A DNA stretch of 64,000 nt from Nitrospirales bacterium. GTDB lineage: Bacteria > Nitrospirota > Nitrospiria > Nitrospirales > UBA8639. The stretch covers positions 1,376,001 through 1,440,000 of the forward strand of contig CBDBCZ010000018.1 in assembly GCA_965203295.1 (NCBI GenBank), written 5' to 3'. Position 1 is the first letter of the stretch. The number at the start of each line of letters is the position of its first letter. The notes below the pieces were generated by a model. The model saw only the letters and a list, made by a program, of their open reading frames with translations. It made no database searches and was not told the origin of the DNA. Below, in pieces: positions 26,435 through 37,948 of this stretch. The position numbers were made by a program, and so were the translations under genes.

Positions 26435-26516
26435 CCTCTCGGGGAACTGGGACATCAGTGCTGATATGAAAGCATCTTTCCGCAAGAACTTCCCAGAAAG
26501 AGTATTTTTTGACTAA
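26435..26516 (+). CDS. NLR terminal coding exon: (Y)LSGNWDISADMKASFRKNFPERVFFD*
   Basis: Polypyrimidine tract plus CAG at 26432-26434. Completes LxLxxN in frame with exon 8. TAA at 26514-26516. Confidence 0.8.
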
Positions 26517-26845
26517 CTACCAACACATACTACTATGCATCGTGTCAGTCGCACTATAGTACATGATTGTAATGCTTATGCAATATTGATTATGTACATT
26601 TTGTTTTATGGTATACCAATGTAATTTATTATAAGTACTGTGCATTAGGGAACCTTAATCACAAGTCAGAAGGTATCTGCATTTCACCCATGCCTCATTT
26701 TCCAGAGAGACTGGGACTAATTAAAACTGGTCCAGAGCATGTTCCACACAGCCACTATCATGACAAGCCGCATAAGAGCATTATTGTACGTATGCTCCCA
26801 TAGGACCGCGACCATTACACTACAACAATTATTATGGTAGTATAG

Positions 26846-27280
26846 TAGTCTATCGAGCTAGATCCTTCTCCACGCAACGCTTGAGGAGGGTCTAGCAGAG
26901 GTCATTATTATTCATAGTTCACAGCTATTGTAGCATCTTAGCATGCACTTTATTAACTCTTTACCAACCAATGACGCATATATGCGTCATGAACTCCCAT
27001 AAGCCCATATGAATTTATATGGAGGTTTTAATACTAGGCGTTAATACTTTGTACAGGCTTTTCTGCTTCTTTAAGCTGCTTCTTATGGTTGGTAAAGGGT
27101 TAATACCACAGGTTACACCACGTGCAGCCATAGTACACTAGCCATAACCCTTAATGCTGACATAATACTAGTACCTGAAATCAGCTACTAAATCGGACTG
27201 GCCAGCTTGTCATGAATACTAATAAGCTCTGCTAGACCCTCCTTAAACTTTGCGTGGAGGAGGGTCTAGCTTGATGACTA
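26846..27280. mobile_element. MITE with about 70-bp TIRs (TAG..CTA ends) hosting a nested piggyBac MITE
   Basis: Inverted arms at about 26846-26915 and 27211-27280; flanks ggtagtatag / ggtagcatac. Confidence 0.8.
26957..27099. mobile_element. 143-bp piggyBac-type MITE, copy 2
   Basis: TTAA|CTCTTTACCAACC...GGTTGGTAAAGGG|TTAA. Confidence 0.9.
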
Positions 27281-28149
27281 GGTAGCATACTATAGTGTAT
27301 GATATTAATCCAGTATTTGAAATACTTACAGAACAGGGAAGAAATGTAATTCATCATCTTTTTTCCCTGAGATAATAAATCAAGGGTAGGGCAATGATTC
27401 TGAAGCTCAGTTGGAACTACCTAAGGAAGGTATAGGCTAAAAGTCATAACCGAACAAGCATCCTTGGCGCTATACATATGTATACAGAAAGTGTCTGTAA
27501 GTGTGATAACCACTTAATAAGTCTGTAGTGAACTTGTAACTTTACTTATTTACACTTATTTTGTAACTGACCTTTTACATCGGTATGACTTAAATTGTTT
27601 ATTTGTACTTAGTTACTTATATCACTTATTAGGTATATCTTATTTCCTTATTTGGTTATGTGCTACCGCCAGCTGACTGTACCGCTTACTTCACTCTCAC
27701 CTCTATTCACTCTATTCACATACTGTTTACTTAGCTACCCCATGATCTGTAAGTGCCTGACTCTTACATCATTCCCTTCTAGAACATTCTAAGCCATGTA
27801 TATGAGGACTGCACATTGCACCTTTACGTAAATCAGTAAAATTTGATGATACTTTGTCAGTAATACAACTTCAACTACTACAACTCCTATTAGCTAACTG
27901 TCTGGAGATGTCTGATTGCATGATGGGTTGATATGTATTGCCAGTGTAATAGATGCAAGGGCTGTAAAATTGGAGAGCACAGCTGCTGTATCTGGAAATC
28001 TGCTTTAAACTGGGTCATCCATGTCAGCAATAAAATGTGGTATGCTGAGGTCAGAGACAGATACATGAGTTCTTGTGCCATTACCCCCATAGAAAAGAGT
28101 AAATTTAGTGCAGTTGGTAAATAGGTACAGGCTTAGAAAGTAAGGTTTT

Positions 28150-30360
<2,211 letters not shown>

Positions 30361-31712
30361 TGCTTTAGTCAGTGCTGCTACGAAGTTTGTTAATGCAGCT
30401 GCAAGGAGGGGATTGATTTTGCGAGGCCTTGACAAGAGGGAGGAGCCAGACTTTTCCTCACATTTTGCGACGGGGGTCGCGCGGAGGGTCTATAAACGAG
30501 GCTATGTACTTAGTCTGGAGTACCCCGCCCCTCGCGTTAAATAATAATCGTTAAACTGCGCGAGACTAGCTAGTAGTCTACTAAGGAATGGCTACTGATC
30601 CCTCCGAAGGCAGCCCAGGGGGCAGCTACCCGAGGCAATTCCAACTTCATGAAGTGAGTGACACGGAGAATAATCGGGAATGGATATTTACTAGGCCACT
30701 GCAAATTACACTACTTTTCCGATCCCCATAAATGCTATAAAAACAAGCGGGCGGGCTGTTGGTTTTCATTTAAGTGGGAGCAGAAAACTAGTCTGGAGGA
30801 GTAGCTACAAGGTGTTGAGAACAGCAGCCTACAAAATGAGGAATAATGAAAAAGTATGCTGTACCCTCAGAAGCGTGTGGGTGGAGGACGGGAAACTAAA
30901 GTGTCATTTGGAGTGGCCTTATGCCACTGTCAAGAAACTTCGTGGCCTCAAGTGTGTGGGCAAGAAGATCCACCAGGTGTTATTTGATGCTGCCACCGCC
31001 CTATATAGAGAGGGCAGCCAGTGCTGCAGAAGTTTATGGAAGAATCGCAAGTTGCTGAACCACCTGCACCACCTATGTGTGGTACAGTTCCTAGGGGGTC
31101 TACGATGTGGTTGGCAAAAGATGTACCTACTATTCCTGGTCCAGCAGTACACTGCAGAAACAAAAGCTTTAGCCCAGCTGCGGTTATCTCATGCAGTTGC
31201 AAGTTCACTACCAGAGAATGTGCATACAAGCAGATCAATTACATTATTTGCCCAGCATTATGTACTCCAATTTCAGACAGAAGTCACGTATTGCACGTTA
31301 AGGATAATAGTAAGGTTTGAAGTGCAGCAGTACTTGTATATACACTTGGGGGATTGTAGTGCAGCTGCACTTCTAGCATTCCTGAAATTTTAGCTACATA
31401 TACCTGCATGATTTTGCTTCGTTGTTCACTCTTTTGTTTGAATTTGGAGACCTAACTATATTGGTCAAGCGTAGTATTGAAGCTGCAACAAAGATAACCC
31501 TATAACTGGGTTTAAAAGTCCTTTTGGTTTTGGGTGTATGTCTGACAGGATCATTGTGTATGTACAAAATGTTGTGATAGACTAATTTTATTTGAGGTGT
31601 CCGTAATAATTATCAGATTGTGCCTCACTTCACTATGTGTCCACATACCAGTAATACTAGTCAAGCAAACAGGGAGTGAGGTGGGGTATAAATGAAAGGC
31701 CTAACAACACAG

Positions 31713-32162
31713 TTATTCTATTATTACGCAAGCAAATAAATTAATTTCAGTTTGGATTACACTAAATTAGATTCATTGAAAATTCCTGGAATAGAATTTC
31801 TTGCGCTAGATTAGATCATGCGTTGTAAAGGGTGGTTTAGTCGCTTTGAAAGAAGCCAGTTTTTTAAAGAGGTAGGCTCAAGGTTTCACCAGAATTTTGA
31901 TAGGCAGCAAGACCCAGAAGACTCAGAAGAGCCATTTAGTGAAGACTCAGAGTCATTTGTGGACTTCACTGAGTAACAGTTTTTTTAGCTAATAGTTCAT
32001 AATGCAAGTATATTTCCTGGAGTTGTGCTCCTCTTGCGTTAGATTTGATTCAGCTTAAAATAATTAGTGATGGACTTGCGTTAGGTTAGATTCATAATAA
32101 ATTCCTAGAATCACAATTTCTTGCGTTAAATTGGATCTTGCGTAATAATAGAATAAAGACGG
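31713..32162. mobile_element. MITE with 20-bp inverted ends and internal CTTGCGTTAGATT-like sub-repeats
   Basis: ttattctattattacgcaag (31713-31732) / cttgcgtaataatagaataa (32137-32156). The right end finishes ..GACGG|TA. Confidence 0.7.
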
Positions 32163-32236
32163 TAATCACCAAGGGCAAGGGACTACTTGAGGAGTAACCA
32201 CTGACGTGATCATTACTGTACTCTGTACCCCTCCAG

Positions 32237-33204
32237 CCCATCCTCCTCCAGCACCAAGCCAGGCTGCACTGGAGGAAGGTTGCCAATCTGCCAGTGGGGA
32301 TATTGAGGCCACAGGTTGTAGTGGTGGGGGAGAAGGTGTACGTGGGAGGTGGAGTTACAGACACCGATGATGATCTCTGCCTGGTCTTCTAGTACAACCC
32401 AGCCAGTGATGAGTGGACCACCCTCCCTCCCCACCCAGTGGTTTTATTTGGCCTGGGACAGCTCTCAGGGGAGCTCCTCACAGTGGGAGGTCTGGCACCA
32501 GATGCTACCGTCACTAAGAAGGTGTACCACTACAAACCAGTTACTCAACAATGGGAGGAGTTTCTCCAGCCCGTGCCAACTGCTCGATATCAGCTTACTG
32601 TCATCAGTACCCAGTCAGCCCTTACTGTATGTGGAGGAACTACTGAAATCAGTGGTGGGCCCTGTACAACAGTAGAAGTGTACACAACAGAAACATCCCA
32701 GTGGCACACTACCGACCCGCTGCCTGTTCCTTGCTGGGGAATGTCATCGGCTACCATCAACAACACTGCCTACCTCCTGGGAGGATTGTCTACTGTTTGC
32801 AAACCGACAAAGACTGTACTGTATGTTCCAGTTGCCTCACCGATCCAGAGAGCCACATCCCATCCCCAGCAGTCAGCCAGTGCTGCACAACCAGACAGCA
32901 CCTCATCAGCCTGGAAGACACTCCAAGACACTCAACTGGAGTTGCCAGCTGTTGCCTTGGGGGAATGTTGCTGTCTATTGGAGGTATTGATGATCGTGAT
33001 GATATCCTCTCAGCAGTCTACGTCTACTCCCCTGCCACATGCACCTGGATCCGAGTCCAGTCAGGGGACTTGCCTGAACCACGATTCAGCTGCACTGCTG
33101 TTGAACTAGCTGGAAACAGACTCTTATTTGTTGGAGGTAAAGATCAGTTTTGGAAGACTACAAGTATGAACACAGTTTTCCTTGGCTCATTAATCTCTGT
33201 CTGA
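32237..33204 (+). pseudogene. Kelch beta-propeller exon, pseudogenised
   Basis: Repeated kelch motifs (KVYVGGG, LLTVGG, LTVCGG, AYLLGG, LLSIGG, LLFVGG, each with spaced Y..W). Acceptor cccctccag at 32236, in-frame TAG at 32390-32392, frameshift near 32945. Confidence 0.88.
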
Positions 33205-33780
33205 TGTGTAGTGTGTTCACCATTTCTATTGATTGAATTTGAGTTAGAAAATGTGTGTACATCTGTATGAATTAATATGCTGTAATATTGAAAGTACCAA
33301 CAACTGCCTGCATGTATATTTTAGTCAAAGCTAGGCAAGTAGGGACAGCAAATTGGTTTTTAAGAAGTGTGCCACTCATCATTACAGCTCTATTACAAAG
33401 TGTTACATCAGTTTGCGCAGAATACATGCCCTATAGCTAATGATTCACAAAATCTTTGAAACTCTGCAGAGGCCTCAGGACTTACACTGAACATCACACA
33501 AGCTGCTACGTATGAGTACTGCACGTATATATATATATAAAAGCTGACACATGATTAGCTACATAGGTGACCGTGCAAGCTACAAAAATTAACTTTTTTC
33601 TTAGCTCGGGATGAAAGAAACTTCAAAGTTTACACACAAACTCTCATCACCATGCAGTGGCACTACCATATTACAACCTTTGGATGACACTAAATGACAG
33701 ATTACTGGTTCCGGCAGCAAGTTGCTACAAATGTGCTACTTTACATCTCAAGACGGTCCAATACATAGTGTATGAGGCTG

Positions 33781-33937
33781 AACTATATGACTGAATGCCA
33801 CGCCCCCTGGGTCACAGGCCCCACCTCCTGTCAGCCTGCAAGAGCTGCAGCCCATGAGGACAATGGTTGCCTGGCAACAGAACTGGTGGAAGCCATCAGT
33901 GCTCAGGTACTCTCGGCCAGTCCCATGGCCACAGTAG
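33781..33937 (-). pseudogene. ESPL1: Orphan separase (peptidase C50) catalytic-site exon fragment
   Basis: Minus strand: acceptor cacacccacag, then YCGHGTGREYLSTDGFHQFCCQATIVLMGCSSCRLTGGGACDPGGVAFSHI. His and Cys are 26 residues apart, as in separase YxGHG...LxGCSS. Confidence 0.8.
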
Positions 33938-34349
33938 CTGTGGGTGTGTGGGAATCGGTATCCATTTATTCCTGGTTGGTTGATGTTACCATGCATGGTA
34001 ACATCAAGCAACCAGTAATAATAGGTCCTTCATACAGTTCTGTACTCAGTAGCTAACTGCCAGTGAATGTGTGTACATGTGTGCACAACAGGTGCACTGA
34101 CTTGAGACGGGAGGGTATACAGCTCACGATGTGAACAGCCAAGTGCAAACACGATGGCTATAACAAGCAAACAAACTGACAAAAGCGGATAATGTAAAGC
34201 AATCTTAGGACCAGCCGTTCGTGCGCTGCGCACGCTCCGGCTGGTAAATACACTTCCCAAAAAACCAATGAAACAAGCGACAATGCACACCGCAATGCAT
34301 GTGCAGACTACCCACACATCACATCGCAATGCATTTACAGCGTAGCTAG

Positions 34350-34839
34350 GCTCGGAGAGGACCGACGAGGTCTATTCCGATCCTGTGCCAGGGGCTGTCA
34401 ACAGTGATGGGATGGAGTGTACCTGCAGATTTCTCTAGCTTTTTATTGACTCACTGACATGTATTGCATGTCTGGACATGGGAGTCAATTGCACTGGTCA
34501 TGGGTGAGAGAGTATAGTACAACATTAGTGCATGGATACACTTTCTGTGTATAAAAAGTGTTTAAAAACCTTGATGTCATTTTCTCCCGGGTTTTATCCC
34601 TCCCAAAGTGCCCTCCTAGCTTGTCAGCATGGCAGGCCTCAATGATCTTCTGCTGTTGTTCTGGCCCAGTGATCCACTGCCTCAGACCATTCATGGATGT
34701 GTAGTGCAAAACACCATGCATCCTGACTAGAGAATTTCCTGGCCTTGTTCCGAATAGCTCGCATCTGATTGTCAGTGCTTTAGTCTGGGTCCTTTCCGCC
34801 GTGAAGATAGTCGTAGATAGTCTCGTAGCTGATTTCCAT
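34350..34839 (-). mobile_element. Ginger/GIN-like DDE integrase relic (N-terminal part, probably intron-containing)
   Basis: ATG at 34839; MEISYETIYDYL..., CHADKLGGHFGRDKTREKMTSR|gt, then HVQTCNTCQ*..TLHPITVDSPWHRIGIDLVGPL. Has stops and a frameshift; no gag or RT nearby. Confidence 0.75.
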
Positions 34840-35945
34840 GGTACCTTTCTAAATATATTGCACCAAAATTGTTCAACTTTACACCATTTTTGTTTTGGTT
34901 GGCTTGCTAAAACTTCAAACTCTGACGTGCTTCAATATGTCAACATACAGTAGTAGATGTACATAACCGTCTTTAAAAACAGTTAGAAAAATGTATCAAT
35001 ATAGTGTCAACATACAGTTAGCAAGTAAATTATACACAAGAATTGCAAAACCATGCAGTCTTCTTAGCTAAACCATGTACATTAATGCACAAAAAATGAG
35101 CCATTCATGGCACTTAGTGCGTCCACATCTGGGACCGCTGACGTAATACTCAATGTCTTTCTAATTCTGACGTTGAGCTGGGCACGAGACCACCTTCCCA
35201 CGATAGTACGAGAGGTATTATACGTATACAAAAAGCGGTAAGTACCCGACATAAGCACCACGCGTCCTCCTTGCAAAACGCGGCTGCTTCTTTCGCGCTC
35301 TGCACTTGCAGTGACTCCTGACACTTTCACTCTCTCAAGAACACTACACTACCGCGGCCTGGCTCCTTCACTTGGCCACGCAGCAGCAAATCTCTAGGAG
35401 GCAGTCTGCAGTCCTAAGCTAATACCGCACTAGAAGGGTTAATTAATTAACTTGATAATTATTACTGTGAAACTTGCAGATGATACTGACAGTCTGTGAT
35501 TGTTTTTTCTCCAAATGGTCCATGTATCACGGAAGGAAGGTTAGTTTAAATGTGAAGGCAACGTGTGTTGAGTAGAATTACTTGGGAGTGTACGTTTCTA
35601 AATCTTTACCCGTAGCTACACTTGGGAGTGTAGATATCTTGCATTGTGCATGCCATTAGTGATAATTAGAGGCTGTACAACTCCTAATATCTGTGCATGA
35701 GTAATAACATCTACCTTCCCAGGTGCACAAATGGTGTCTCATATAGGAACAGTACCCTCGGGACTTTGGTGAGATTAGTAGGGGAGAGGAGAAGATTCCT
35801 CACTAACAAATCTTGTACGGGAGATAGCTACTATTGTGGAGATTGCTTATAACCCTTTGTGCATTGCAACTTGATCTCTCCTAAGAGGCACCACTGAAGG
35901 GGGGAGAGCACCCTAAGACTGTACGTACTTTCCCAAGAGTACATA

Positions 35946-36522
35946 CCATATAATTTCTAATTATTCGTTCAAATGAAATAATTTCATTTTGGGTTGACGA
36001 ATTGATTGAAAGGAATTTTTATGAGTGGTGACGAATAAATAGAAGATTAGTCTGAAATACTGACAGCATGTCTGAGCATTGTAAAACATTCAACAGACAA
36101 CACGGCAGGCACTTCTATTACACGGGCCAGGAACTCTTCATGCTCTCTTCCACTATTGCTACTTCTGCAGACTACAGTGCTCAGCAGTGGTAGCATATCA
36201 ACAAACGTGCGCACACACAGCAGACAAAGATCTAGCTACAATAGGCTATAAGGTTATACACACACGCTAGTCTTCATAAGAAACAGCGTGTGCACAGGTA
36301 AGTTGGGCCGCCTCCTTGTCCTTGGTACGGCTTTCTGTATCAGCCAGTCACACTCATGGGCATTCCTACTGACGTACTCATAAGTATTACTGCTAGCATG
36401 CAGCAGCTGGCAAATATTAGAAAAATATTTCAAAAACGGCCCACAAATTTGTTGAAAAAATAAATTGTTGAAAACTGGGGTGTGCCAAATAATTAGAGGG
36501 CGAAAAATTAGAATTTGTACGG
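35946..36522. mobile_element. MITE, pogo/Tc2-like, copy 2 (inserted into an edge monomer of the satellite)
   Basis: TA|CCATATAATTTCTAATT...AATTAGAATTTGTACGG|TA; internal homology to 10212-10865. Confidence 0.85.
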
Positions 36523-37807
36523 TAAATGTAACAATTGATTTTTCATAGTCGTCCTAACTATAAATACATTTATATAGTTCTTAGCTGGTCATAGTGATAA
36601 TGCTATAATACTCCTAAAATCTATGCACAAGCGATAATTTCCACCTGTGCAGGTGTATGGTGTTCCTCACAGGACTGGTGCACTGCAGTTTGAAATTGCT
36701 GCGGGTCTTTTAGGAGAGCTTTACAGGTAAGAAGAGAAGATTCCTTGCTAGCAAATTTTCCCATCTCATGCCAGAGATAGGTACTATTGTTGAGATGTCT
36801 TATGGCTTGGAATTTTCACTTGCTCAATGGAAATGCACAGTGGTGCTTAAATTGCCGCATTTTATTGCATTAGCACCATGTGTCTTTCGCCCGCTATTTT
36901 CATTTCCTAAAATTATTCTTATGCATCTGCATGCATGCATGTATTTGTAGTAAATGACACAGAGCTTCGATACTTTGTGTGTTGCCACTTGAAGTAGGCA
37001 CCACTTAAGAGGGGGGGAGCACCGTAAGACTCTATGTACTCTCCACATAATTGATTTTTTGTAGTCTCTCAAACTATAAATCCATTTAACTAGTTCTTAG
37101 TAAAAATGCTGTAAAAAGTGTGCATAAGCGATAATTTCCATCTGTGCAGGTACGCATGTGATGTTCTGCACGGGACTGGTGCACTGGAGTTTGCTCGAGT
37201 CTTGATCAGATTCACAGGTGAGAAAAGAAGTTTCTTTGCTAACAATCTTGTACCAGAGATAGCTGCCATTATGGAGATGTCTTGTGGCCGGGGATTTTCA
37301 CTTGCTCGATGGAAAATGTGCAACGGTGCTTAAATTGCCAACTTGAAGAAAGTATTCACATCTCTCCTAAGAGGCACCTCTTCAAAAAGGGGGGCACCCT
37401 AAGGCTGTATGTACTCTCCACATACTTTTTTCTCAGCATTCGTTTTAAATACAATTCAAAGCTGGTCTTAGTAATGAGGCTGAAAAATCCTGTGCATGAA
37501 TGATTATTTTCACCTGCTTAGGTGTATGGTGTTCCTCACAAGACTGGTGTACCAGAGTTGGAAATTGTCTGTGAATGATATTTGCAGTTGAGAAGAGAAG
37601 ATTCCTAGATAGCAGTAATCTTGTACCTGAGATAGTTACTATTCTTAGGGCTGTGAAGTTTAATTTGTGGGGTGGATAATGTGCAATAGTTTTAAATTCA
37701 TCAAATTAGCACCATGAGTCTTTCGCTGGTTATTTTCCTTTTTTAAATTCTCATGCTGCAAATATTTGTAGTACATACATGATGCTGACTTTTGGGATTT
37801 TTAACCC

Positions 37808-37948
37808 CATCCAGATCATGACATGTTTCCGAAATCTCATGACCTTGCCCAACATCCTTGTCCTTCCGAAAGATCCAGTAAAGTTGACCAGAGGAAGGGA
37901 GTCGTGTACCGAATCCCGTGTGCTTACTGTGACACCACCTGTGTTGGT
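37808..37948 (+). mobile_element. Penelope-like element fragment, GIY-YIG endonuclease N-terminal motif
   Basis: TLPNILVLPKDPV, then after a frameshift DQRKGVVYRIPCAYCDTTCVG; matches the PLE pattern PKD...GVVYxIPCxxCxxxYIG. Confidence 0.85.
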
